Positions 45,694-54,561 are shown, counted from the first letter of the stretch. The stretch is DNA of 64,000 bases from Chryseobacterium gleum (GCA_945888625.1 CAMDAH010000006.1:45647-109646); one strand, 5' to 3'. Numbers and translations: made by a program. Notes: a model not told the origin generated them from the letters alone.

Positions 45694-46803
45694 TTAATTT
45701 TTACCGCTAATGTATTTTCTGTATTCCATTTTGGTAGCATCAAAGGTGATGTGTTTAGCCAATAGCGAAGCATTTTCCTTATCAACAAGGCGATCCGACA
45801 TTACCTTTGCTGCGGCTAGTTGATTCGCGTCAAAGGTAAATAAATCCATTATTTTCTCGGCATCTTTGGAATAGAGACAGGTATTTGCCAGGGCCAATTG
45901 TAACGCTTCAAGACGATCATCCTCAAAACTCTGTGATGCAATATCAGCGATGAAAGCAGTGCTATTTTGAATTGTTTTATTACAACCGTTGTTTGATGAC
46001 TGAGGTGCAAGTTCACTTGAATTAGTCGTACTCACATTGGTATTGGTAATTGTATTGGTGATAGTCGTATTCGTAAGGGTAGTCGATGTATTATTTTGCT
46101 GCGAATTATTAGTTCCTTCGTTAACATTTATCCCAACATTCATGTTAAGATTCTGCCCTGAAATTTGATCTGTTACACTAATACTTACCCCACCATTACC
46201 GTTTCCAGCACCGTTTGTATTTACATTACCAGTTGAACTGTTACTGGACGAATTAGTGGTTGTGGTTGTGGTTACAGTAGTAGATGTGTTATTTTGGTTG
46301 GCCCCACTAACTCCATTGACATTATCGTTGGTTGTATTAGGGTTAACCTGAATAGTTACAGACCCATTTCCCGATTGATTAGTACTTGAATTACTAATAA
46401 ATCCGATACCTACTGAACCATCTGAATAGGAAGCGTTATTATCTGGACGATACGTTACTGCCCCAGAAGCAACTGTTCCCGTTGCGGCTACCATACTCAC
46501 CAACTGCAATTTACCCTTACCCTTTTTAAAAACAATTCGGGTGGTGATATCGCTCGCCTCTTCAATAAAAAAATTCTTTTCAATGTCATTGGTTTTGCCG
46601 TCTTCAAAGATAATCTTGGTTGCATAACCCCCATTTTTTATTTCGCTTACAACCACATTTGTTTGTGCTTGTGCATTTTGCTTTACTCCATTTAGAATTA
46701 AATAAAACTTTTGTCCACCATTATTAAAAACAGTTAGGTTAGATTGGGCAGTTAAAGTAGCAGGGAAAACAATCGTTAAAAAAAGAATTACAGAAATTTT
46801 CAT
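45694..46803 (-). CDS. DUF4476 domain protein with long Asn/Thr/Ser-rich linker
   Basis: Signal peptide, an N-terminal beta domain, about 150 aa of N/T/S/G low-complexity sequence, and a C-terminal DDRLEALQLA...FDANQLAAAK...FDATKMEYRKY module. Confidence 0.6.
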   Translation of the reverse strand: MKISVILFLTIVFPATLTAQSNLTVFNNGGQKFYLILNGVKQNAQAQTNVVVSEIKNGGYATKIIFEDGKTNDIEKNFFIEEASDITTRIVFKKGKGKLQLVSMVAATGTVASGAVTYRPDNNASYSDGSVGIGFISNSSTNQSGNGSVTIQVNPNTTNDNVNGVSGANQNNTSTTVTTTTTTNSSSNSSTGNVNTNGAGNGNGGVSISVTDQISGQNLNMNVGINVNEGTNNSQQNNTSTTLTNTTITNTITNTNVSTTNSSELAPQSSNNGCNKTIQNSTAFIADIASQSFEDDRLEALQLALANTCLYSKDAEKIMDLFTFDANQLAAAKVMSDRLVDKENASLLAKHITFDATKMEYRKYISGKN

Positions 46804-46820
46804 ACGTTTTTATTTTTTAG

Positions 46821-46828
46821 CAAATATA
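46821..46828 (-). promoter_or_regulatory. -7 box (TATATTTG) upstream of the DUF4476 gene
   Basis: Exact TAnnTTTG match 17 nt before the ATG at 46803. Confidence 0.4.
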
Positions 46829-46930
46829 GTTTAATTCTAATTTAATCAGTTTTTTAAAATCCAATTATTGTATCTCAAAAAGAATAATTTAATACCTCAC
46901 AAAAAAACAAGAAACAAATTGAATTATGAA

Positions 46931-46938
46931 TAATTTTG
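46931..46938 (+). promoter_or_regulatory. -7 box (TAATTTTG) 4 nt from the ATG at 46943
   Basis: The sequence reads TAATTTTG-CACT-ATG. Confidence 0.5.
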
Positions 46939-46942
46939 CACT

Positions 46943-48313
46943 ATGAATTTTGTTATTATAGATGTAGAGACAACTGGAGGGAGCGTAAATAACTCAAAAA
47001 TTACTGAATTAGCCATTTACAAATTTGACGGCGAAAAAATAGTTGATGAATACACAACCCTTGTGAACCCGGAAATTCCGATACCAGAATTTATTGTTCG
47101 ATTAACAGGAATCAGCGATAAAATGGTTGAAAATGCACCCAAATTTTTTGAAATCGCAAAAAAAATAATTGAATTTACTGAGAATTGCGTCTTTGTTGCT
47201 CATAATGTCGCATTTGATTACGGCATGTTTCGAAGTGAATTTAAGGCATTGGGCTTTGATTTTCGATTACCTCAACTTTGTACGGTCAAATCGTCGAGAG
47301 CAATAATTCCCGGACATGCCTCTTACAGTTTGGGCAAGTTAACGCAGAACCTTGGCATTAAAATAATTGGTAGACATCGAGCAGGTGGAGATGCCTTAGC
47401 GACAACAAAACTCTTTGAAATCCTTATAAAAAAAGACGAAACTGCCTTGCTCGAATTTATTCATACCGCGGTAAATCCAAAAAAAATTCACCCCAACCTA
47501 TCTATTGAAACCATCGATGAATTACCCCAAAAAACAGGCGTTTATTTGTTTTATAATGAATTCAATAAAATCATATACATCGGTAAAAGTATTTCCATTA
47601 AAAAAAGAGTCGAACAACATTTAAACAATTCGAAAACAGCAAAGGGGATTAAGATGATACAAGACATTGTTCGAATTGAACATGAAATCACAGGATCAGA
47701 CCTTATTGCCATGTTGCGCGAAAGTGAGCTGATCAAGCTGCATCAACCCATTTACAATAGAACCTTGAGAAATAGCCTTTTCTCCTATGGACTTTTTGAT
47801 ACCGAAGATGAAAATGGCTACATTACACTCAAAGTGGAAACATTGGGTAAAAATAATGCGCATCCATTAATTCACTTTAATAACAAAAAAGACGGCATTG
47901 ACTTTCTATACCACAAAATAGAACGTTATACGTTGTGTCAAAAACTATGTCACCTATACAAAACCAATGCAGCTTGTTTTCAGCAAACCATTAAAAAATG
48001 TGCTGGTGCATGCATAGAAGAAGAAAGTGCCGCGCTTTATAACCTTCGAGTTAATAAACTAATCGACGATTTAACCTTTGAAGGCCGGTCCTTTTACATT
48101 ATCGATAAAGGAAGAGAAAAAATGGAGAAAAGTATCGTTTGGGTTGAAAACGGCATTTACCAAGGCTATGGTTTCGCACCCTACCATTTTCATGGAAAAA
48201 CCCCAATTGATTATCGACGTTACATTACCAAACAAAAAGAAAATAGGGATATTAAAACGATCATAAATTTATTTTTAAGAAAAAATGAATGGACCAAAAT
48301 AATTGAACTTTAG
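46943..48313 (+). CDS. DnaQ-like 3'-5' exonuclease fused to GIY-YIG (UvrC/Cho-like) nuclease domain
   Basis: Exo motifs IIDVETTG, HNVAFDYGM and HRAGGDA. These are followed by a GIY-YIG core (GVYLFYNEFNKIIYIGKS...R...H). Confidence 0.75.
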   Translation: MNFVIIDVETTGGSVNNSKITELAIYKFDGEKIVDEYTTLVNPEIPIPEFIVRLTGISDKMVENAPKFFEIAKKIIEFTENCVFVAHNVAFDYGMFRSEFKALGFDFRLPQLCTVKSSRAIIPGHASYSLGKLTQNLGIKIIGRHRAGGDALATTKLFEILIKKDETALLEFIHTAVNPKKIHPNLSIETIDELPQKTGVYLFYNEFNKIIYIGKSISIKKRVEQHLNNSKTAKGIKMIQDIVRIEHEITGSDLIAMLRESELIKLHQPIYNRTLRNSLFSYGLFDTEDENGYITLKVETLGKNNAHPLIHFNNKKDGIDFLYHKIERYTLCQKLCHLYKTNAACFQQTIKKCAGACIEEESAALYNLRVNKLIDDLTFEGRSFYIIDKGREKMEKSIVWVENGIYQGYGFAPYHFHGKTPIDYRRYITKQKENRDIKTIINLFLRKNEWTKIIEL

Positions 48314-48318
48314 TTTTG
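48311..48318 (+). promoter_or_regulatory. -7 box (TAGTTTTG) upstream of the MBL-fold gene
   Basis: Exact TAnnTTTG match overlapping the upstream stop codon, 24 nt before the ATG at 48343. Confidence 0.3.
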
Positions 48319-48342
48319 AAAAATATACTAAATTCGTAACTA

Positions 48343-49119
48343 ATGAAAGGAAAAGCAATCGTTTTGGGTTCGGGAACTTCACAAGGCGTTCCAATGATAG
48401 CTTGCAGCTGCGAAGTTTGCAGTTCAACAGACCCAAAAGATAAACGTTTACGCGCTTCCCTACTTTTTGCTGTGAACGGCAAAAATTATGTGATAGACGC
48501 TGGCCCCGATTTTAGGCAACAAATGCTTCGCGCCCAAGTAAACGATTTGGAAGCCATTATTTTTACGCATGAACACAAGGATCATGTTGCAGGACTAGAT
48601 GATGTTAGAGCTTATAATTACCGCTATAATTCCCCCATGGACATATTCTGCACTACAGCGGTGGAAACAGCATTAAAACGAGAATTTCATTATATTTTTA
48701 GCACTGAAAATTATCCCGGAATTCCAAAAATTAAATTACACACCATCGCCAATGCACCTTTCTCAGTTGGACCAGCTTGCACCCTTATCCCAATTCAAGT
48801 ATATCATTACAAGATGCCAGTTTTAGGATTTAGAATTGGAGATTTTGCTTACATTACCGATGCAAAAACGATTGATAAAAAAGAAAGTGATAAGCTCTTG
48901 GGCCTTGAAACACTAATTATTAATTCGCTTCACCAATCTAAACACATTTCGCATTTTAATCTTGAAGAAGCATTGGAGTTCATTGCCTTGATACAACCCA
49001 AAAAAGCTTATTTAACACATATTTCACACTTATTTGGAAAACACGCTTCCATTCAAAAACTTTTGCCAGAAAACGTTTCACTGGCATTTGACGGAATGGA
49101 AATCGATTTCAACCTGTAA
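48343..49119 (+). CDS. MBL-fold metallo-hydrolase (PhnP-like)
   Basis: THEHKDHVAGLDD metal motif and an N-terminal Cys cluster CSCEVCSS. Confidence 0.75.
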   Translation: MKGKAIVLGSGTSQGVPMIACSCEVCSSTDPKDKRLRASLLFAVNGKNYVIDAGPDFRQQMLRAQVNDLEAIIFTHEHKDHVAGLDDVRAYNYRYNSPMDIFCTTAVETALKREFHYIFSTENYPGIPKIKLHTIANAPFSVGPACTLIPIQVYHYKMPVLGFRIGDFAYITDAKTIDKKESDKLLGLETLIINSLHQSKHISHFNLEEALEFIALIQPKKAYLTHISHLFGKHASIQKLLPENVSLAFDGMEIDFNL

Positions 49120-49133
49120 TCCAAGTATGAATT

Positions 49134-49141
49134 TAATTTTG
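49134..49141 (+). promoter_or_regulatory. -7 box (TAATTTTG) upstream of the acyltransferase pair
   Basis: Exact TAnnTTTG match 47 nt before the ATG at 49189. Confidence 0.35.
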
Positions 49142-49188
49142 ATCTTTACCGATAATGTTATTTTCGTAGTTGCTAAACTCAATGCCCT

Positions 49189-50010
49189 ATGACTTTGGAA
49201 AAAGAAAAAATGATTGATGTTTCGCGGCTGATTGCAAGTAAGAACAAAAAATTACTGCGTTGGCTTCCTTCATTTGTAATTAGGTATCTGGAACGGGTGC
49301 TTCACCAAGATGAACTAAATAATTTGCTTGAAAAAGGAAAAGATCTCAAAAATTCAGCTTTTAGTGACGCAGCGATGGAGGAATTTAATATCACCATTAC
49401 TTCCACTGGTTTAGCGCATATTCCTAAAACAGGCCCACTCATTATCGTACTCAACCACCCATTAGGTGGAATGGACGGACTAGCCTTGATTTCATTACTA
49501 AAAAATCACCGCCCCGATTTACGTTTTATTGTAAATGACCTATTAATGAATCTTGAAAACTTAAAAGAATTATTTATTGGAGTCAATAAGCATGGTGCAA
49601 ATAAAAAAAATATCCGAGAGGATATTGCCAATGCCTTTAAATCAGAGCAAGCGATTTGCTTATTTCCCGCCGGTCTTGTAAGTCGAAAAATTAATGGCGT
49701 AGTGCAAGATTTAGAGTGGAAAAGAACTTTCGTTACTTATGCACGTTTGCATGACAGGACTATCATTCCAATTAAGATTGAGGGACAACTATCTCCATTT
49801 TTTTATAGATTGAGTAAAATAAGACGATTTTTACGAATAAAAATAAATATTGAAATGCTTTATTTAGCAGACGAATTATTAAAACAACGTAATAAAACCC
49901 TTCAATTTACGATTGGAAAACCGATAAAAATGAATGAGTTTAGTCCTGATCAATCGGACAAAGACGTTGCGAATGCCATCCGTAAAATAGTACACGAATT
50001 AAACACATAA
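49189..50010 (+). CDS. lysophospholipid/aminolipid O-acyltransferase-like protein (PlsC superfamily)
   Basis: 273 aa with an acyltransferase His-Asp box VLNHPLGGMDG and a FPAG motif (LFPAGLVSR). Confidence 0.65.
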   Translation: MTLEKEKMIDVSRLIASKNKKLLRWLPSFVIRYLERVLHQDELNNLLEKGKDLKNSAFSDAAMEEFNITITSTGLAHIPKTGPLIIVLNHPLGGMDGLALISLLKNHRPDLRFIVNDLLMNLENLKELFIGVNKHGANKKNIREDIANAFKSEQAICLFPAGLVSRKINGVVQDLEWKRTFVTYARLHDRTIIPIKIEGQLSPFFYRLSKIRRFLRIKINIEMLYLADELLKQRNKTLQFTIGKPIKMNEFSPDQSDKDVANAIRKIVHELNT

Positions 50011-50011
50011 A

Positions 50012-50926
50012 ATGAAATTAATCATACCTGCCATTGATAAAGCTGTACTAAAAAAAGAGCTCAATGCGAAGTGTTTCTCTAGATTAACTCGCAAAGGGAG
50101 CAATGAAATTTACATTGTAAATGACAAAACGGCACCGAATGTTATACTTGAAATTGGGCGATTAAGAGAAATAACCTTTCGAGCCTCTGGCGGCGGTACA
50201 GGCGAAGAAGTAGACCTGGATGACTACGACCGCGGAAACTACGCATACCAACAACTGATCGTATGGTCGCCCGAAGACGAAGAAATAATTGGCGGATATC
50301 GTTTTATTCTATGTAAAGATGCTATTGATAGTCAAGGCCTAATTCATTTATCTACCGTTCATTATTTTAACTTATCAACCAATTTTGTTAATACAATTTT
50401 ACCCCAAACCATCGAACTTGGCCGTAGTTGGGTTCAACCCAATTATCAACCAAGTGTAAATCCAAGAAAAGGATTGTTCGCGCTCGATAATATTTGGGAC
50501 GGACTCGGAGCGATTGTTCGATTAAATCCTTCCATCAACTATTTTTTTGGTAAAGTGACCATGTATCCTAATTACAATACCGACTGTAGGGACTTCTTAC
50601 TTTTCTTCATGAAAAAATATTTTCCCGACGAAGAAAAGCTAGTTGTACCAATAAATCCACTGCAACAAAATTATGACACAAGTTACGCCGAAAAACAATT
50701 GGAGGGACTTAGTTTCAAAGACGGGTACAAAGTACTGAACGGCCACATACGTGAAAACGGTGAATTTATCCCGCCCTTGGTCAACATATACATGAATCTT
50801 TCTTCCACGATGAAAACCTTTGGAACCGCAGTAAACGACGAATTTGGAAAGGTCGAAGAAACGGGTATCCTAATCACAATAGCCGATATTTTTCCAGAAA
50901 AAAAAGAGCGTCACATGAATTTTTAA
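50012..50926 (+). CDS. GNAT-fold N-acyltransferase (OlsB/GlsB-like, 'hemolysin-like') for aminolipid synthesis
   Basis: 304 aa. The RLREITFR and GGYRF segments are typical of OlsB-type N-acyltransferases. It starts 1 nt after the upstream acyltransferase gene ends. Confidence 0.6.
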   Translation: MKLIIPAIDKAVLKKELNAKCFSRLTRKGSNEIYIVNDKTAPNVILEIGRLREITFRASGGGTGEEVDLDDYDRGNYAYQQLIVWSPEDEEIIGGYRFILCKDAIDSQGLIHLSTVHYFNLSTNFVNTILPQTIELGRSWVQPNYQPSVNPRKGLFALDNIWDGLGAIVRLNPSINYFFGKVTMYPNYNTDCRDFLLFFMKKYFPDEEKLVVPINPLQQNYDTSYAEKQLEGLSFKDGYKVLNGHIRENGEFIPPLVNIYMNLSSTMKTFGTAVNDEFGKVEETGILITIADIFPEKKERHMNF

Positions 50927-51495
50927 TTCGACCATGTATATTTTTCAATAAGCTCATCAATATTTTTAATTCCTGACTTTTGAATAATCCGCTCTTTGAT
51001 TCTACCGATTGTAACATTTACATGTGCGACATTCAATCTACTACTAATGTATGCTGAAGGCTTATCGTAATAGTATTTCATTTTAAGCATCAAGGCATCT
51101 TGTTTAGAGACGAATTTTAACAACTCATTCATTATCGCATTAACATCGTGAAGGTTACAAGATAAACCAACAACAATTTCAGCTTCTGAATAATTTTGTC
51201 TGATTAAAGTTGTTTGAGCCTCTGGTAATAATTTAATACTCTTTTTTCGGTTGCGTCTTCTAATCTCCGACAAACAAAAATTGGTAACGACTGTTCGCAA
51301 CCATGCTTTTGATGAAAATAGATCCTCATTCCCCTTAAACTTTGTCTTCAAAATTTGATAGAGATGCAGGCAGGCGTCCTGAAAAACATCTTTCGCGTCG
51401 TCATCCTCAAACTTTTCCTTGATCAGGTACATGAAAAAAGATTGGTGCCGATTTAGTAACTCCGTAAATAAAACATCCACTGTATTTTTGTCCAT
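50923..51495 (-). CDS. sigma-70 family (ECF-like) RNA polymerase sigma factor
   Basis: 190 aa. Region 2-like DVFQDACLHLY and WLRTVVTNFCLSEIRRR, and a region 4-like HTH ISSRLNVAHVNVTIGRIKERI. Confidence 0.7.
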   Translation of the reverse strand: MDKNTVDVLFTELLNRHQSFFMYLIKEKFEDDDAKDVFQDACLHLYQILKTKFKGNEDLFSSKAWLRTVVTNFCLSEIRRRNRKKSIKLLPEAQTTLIRQNYSEAEIVVGLSCNLHDVNAIMNELLKFVSKQDALMLKMKYYYDKPSAYISSRLNVAHVNVTIGRIKERIIQKSGIKNIDELIEKYTWSN

Positions 51496-51498
51496 GAA

Positions 51499-52080
51499 TT
51501 AGGCGTTAAATAAAATTTCTGCCTCATGACCAAAAAGGTAATCCAAGTTATTTATTTTATTTTCAACAAACACAAAATCGCTAACAGCCTCTAATTCATT
51601 TAAGGCGTTCATGACTTTGTCCACTGTTTCCTGTGGATTACGAATAACGTAGGTTAGTACGTGATTTAATTTCATTTTGTGAATCAAAGCCGAAATTTCC
51701 TTTCGTGTATCGAGTGAAATCATTCCAACAGGATACAAAAATAAAACGATTGGTAAAATTGAATAAGTTTCGCTCTGCAGTAATTCTGCAATGAAAGCTT
51801 GAAATAACAATTCCGTAGGATCACCAATAAGCACTTTACTATCATAATTAATGAAATGCTTATTAAGCATCAAATCACTTTGTAAGCCATCCAGATCGTA
51901 AGCGCTATGAAAAGGAAAAGAAGCTTCATTAAAATTAGCAAAAGCCGAATCACCCGTTAAGATATCTTCGCGCTTGTACGTAAACAAATTAAAATCATAT
52001 CTCGAAACATCAGCCGCTAAAGATGGCCCAAAATATTTTTGAGCATGATCACCTACAAATAAGATTGAATTTTTCTCCAT
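51499..52080 (-). CDS. hypothetical cytoplasmic protein co-transcribed with the sigma factor
   Basis: 193-aa ORF with an ATG start that ends 3 nt before the sigma gene start. It has no TM segment and no recognised motif. Confidence 0.5.
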   Translation of the reverse strand: MEKNSILFVGDHAQKYFGPSLAADVSRYDFNLFTYKREDILTGDSAFANFNEASFPFHSAYDLDGLQSDLMLNKHFINYDSKVLIGDPTELLFQAFIAELLQSETYSILPIVLFLYPVGMISLDTRKEISALIHKMKLNHVLTYVIRNPQETVDKVMNALNELEAVSDFVFVENKINNLDYLFGHEAEILFNA

Positions 52081-52172
52081 GATTTGTAATTTTACACCTT
52101 GAAGTTAGTCAAAAATGAGATTAAGTAAAAAATAAAGTACAATTTTACTATACAAAAAACGTTCGCTAAGCC

Positions 52173-53207
52173 ATGAAGATAAAAATTGCATGCCTATTTC
52201 TTCTTTTTAGCTTATATTCTACAGCACAAAACGGGGGGAAATCTTCATTTTCACTACTCAATTTCAATTACAGTGCCCGCTTAGCAGGAATCGGTGGTTA
52301 TTCCAATAGCACCTTAGACTCCGATGCTTCACAAGGAATTCAAAATCCTTCGCTCATCAATTCGAGCATGGCAGGATATTACTCCCTTAATCAAGGATTA
52401 TTGGCAAGTGGAATAAATTTTGGCCAAATAGCGACCGTTCTTCCATTAAAAAAAGGCTTCCTGTTACCAAGTATCCGTTACATTAGCTACGGTGAATTCA
52501 AAGGAACAGATGAATATGGAAATTCAACCAACAACTTCTCCGCTTTTGAGTACGTTGCTGGAGTGGGCTACGGCTATCAACTTAATCCTTTATTTTCTAT
52601 CGGTGTCAATCTCAATGCAATAGGTTCTCATTTAGAAACGTACTCATCATTCGGTATCAGTTCAAATTTCGGGGCCTGCTACACGAATAAAAGTCAATTA
52701 ATTAGCGTCAGTGTGCTCGCAAAAAATATTGGGTATCAATTAAAAAGTTATGTGTCAAGTAGTAGAAGACCACTACCAATTGACGTACAAGCAAGTACTT
52801 CCATTAAATTAAAGCATGCCCCGTTTCGGTTTTCCATAATTGCACATCATTTAAATCAATGGGATATTACGTATTTTGATCCATCTATTAAACCAAGCAT
52901 AGACGCCCTGACAGGTGAAACAATAAATGAAACCGGTGCTGGTTTTGGTGAACTACTTGCTCGACATCTTGCCTACCAAGTAGAACTGATTACAAAGGGA
53001 ATTATGCAATTACGACTTGGCTTTGATTACGGAAGGCGACAAGAACTTAAACTAGAACAAAATCCCGGCATGTCCGGTTTTTCCTTAGGTTTAGGCCTAA
53101 AATTCAAAAAGTTTAACCTCGACTACGGCTTCAATGTATTTTCAAAAGCTGGCTTCAGCAATTCAATAGGTCTAAGTTCTAAATTGGCTAACTGGAAAAA
53201 AAAGTAG
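52173..53207 (+). CDS. porQ: PorQ-like type IX secretion outer-membrane beta-barrel protein
   Basis: 344 aa. Signal peptide, then FSLLNFNYSARLAGIGG, an NPSLIN segment and a beta-barrel pattern, recalled as typical of the PorQ family. I could not verify this by search. Confidence 0.5.
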   Translation: MKIKIACLFLLFSLYSTAQNGGKSSFSLLNFNYSARLAGIGGYSNSTLDSDASQGIQNPSLINSSMAGYYSLNQGLLASGINFGQIATVLPLKKGFLLPSIRYISYGEFKGTDEYGNSTNNFSAFEYVAGVGYGYQLNPLFSIGVNLNAIGSHLETYSSFGISSNFGACYTNKSQLISVSVLAKNIGYQLKSYVSSSRRPLPIDVQASTSIKLKHAPFRFSIIAHHLNQWDITYFDPSIKPSIDALTGETINETGAGFGELLARHLAYQVELITKGIMQLRLGFDYGRRQELKLEQNPGMSGFSLGLGLKFKKFNLDYGFNVFSKAGFSNSIGLSSKLANWKKK

Positions 53208-53238
53208 TTTATAGCTCCCTATAAAGTACCTTTATGCC

Positions 53239-54561
53239 ATGAACACAGACAACGAACGTATTTCTTCCGTTCTTAACTCCATTGGATTTGAAAAACTAAA
53301 TGGTTTACAAGAGGAAACATTAAAAAAAAGTAAGTCCAATAACAATGTCTTATTACTATCACAAACTGGCTCTGGAAAAACGTTTGCCTTTTTGCTTCCT
53401 CTTTTTTTAAATCTAGATCCGAAAGCCAAGCACATTCAATCGATTGTACTTGCACCTTCTCGCGAATTAGCCCAGCAAATAGAAACCGTTTGGCGTTCTA
53501 TGAAAACCAATTATAAAGTACTCAGTTGCTACGGTGGACATTCGATAGCAATTGAAAAGAAAAGTTTGATTGAAGCTCCTGCTATTTTGATTGGTACACC
53601 GGGAAGAATCTGCGATCATATTTCAAGAGAATCCCTTGATTTGTCGAATCTTTCCCATTTAGTGATCGATGAATACGATAAATGCTTAGAATTTGGTTTT
53701 GATGATCAACTTAAATTTATTTGTCAAAACCTCCATAACCTTAAGTCTACAACCTTAGTTTCTGCAACAGAGCATAAAGAATTTCCCGCTTACTTTGTCT
53801 TTAAAAATCCAGCAGTAGTTAATTTCCTGACCGAATCAAAAGACCCAGATATTACCTTTTGGCATTTCCCAATTAAAACATTAAACAAATTCGATCGCTT
53901 GTACGATTTGCTTTGCACCTTCAAAGGCGAACTAACTATTGTATTTTGTAATTTTAGAGAAGCTACCGAAAGAGTGCGCGATTTTCTGCAAGAAAAAAAC
54001 TTTGAATCAATTGTATATCATGGTGGAATGGAGCAAGATGAGCGCGAAAAAGCACTTATTAAATTCAAAAATTGTACTTATCACACCCTAATTTGTACGG
54101 ACTTGGGATCAAGAGGACTAGACATTTCAGCCATTCAACATGTGGTGCACTTTCAATTTCCGCAGAGCGAAGAGGCATTTATTCATCGAAACGGTAGAAC
54201 GGCAAGAATGACAGCCAATGGATCCTCCTACTTATTAATTAACAGGGAAGAAAAATTACCTGAGTACCTGCATGATGGAAGTTCAGAATATAAGATTCCT
54301 TCAAAAATTGAGGCACCTAGACAGAGTCCATGGACCACATTATATTTTAGCGGCGGAAAAAAAGATAAAATTAATAAAGTGGACCTTGTTGGTTTTTTGA
54401 GCCAGAAAGGAGGGCTAAAACAAGAAGATATAGGACTTATTATCGTACAAGATTTTTCATCCTATGTAGCAGTAAAACGCAGCGATATTATCCTATTGTT
54501 ACCAAAAATTCAATCCGAAAAAGTAAAGGGTAAAAAGTTAAAAATAGATCATGCAAAATGA
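53239..54561 (+). CDS. DEAD-box-family RNA helicase with DbpA-type C-terminal RNA-binding domain (variant DEYD box)
   Basis: Motif I SQTGSGKT, motif II VIDEYD, motif III SAT, motif VI HRNGRTAR, and a C-terminal DbpA-like VDLVGFLSQKGGL. Confidence 0.85.
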   Translation: MNTDNERISSVLNSIGFEKLNGLQEETLKKSKSNNNVLLLSQTGSGKTFAFLLPLFLNLDPKAKHIQSIVLAPSRELAQQIETVWRSMKTNYKVLSCYGGHSIAIEKKSLIEAPAILIGTPGRICDHISRESLDLSNLSHLVIDEYDKCLEFGFDDQLKFICQNLHNLKSTTLVSATEHKEFPAYFVFKNPAVVNFLTESKDPDITFWHFPIKTLNKFDRLYDLLCTFKGELTIVFCNFREATERVRDFLQEKNFESIVYHGGMEQDEREKALIKFKNCTYHTLICTDLGSRGLDISAIQHVVHFQFPQSEEAFIHRNGRTARMTANGSSYLLINREEKLPEYLHDGSSEYKIPSKIEAPRQSPWTTLYFSGGKKDKINKVDLVGFLSQKGGLKQEDIGLIIVQDFSSYVAVKRSDIILLLPKIQSEKVKGKKLKIDHAK

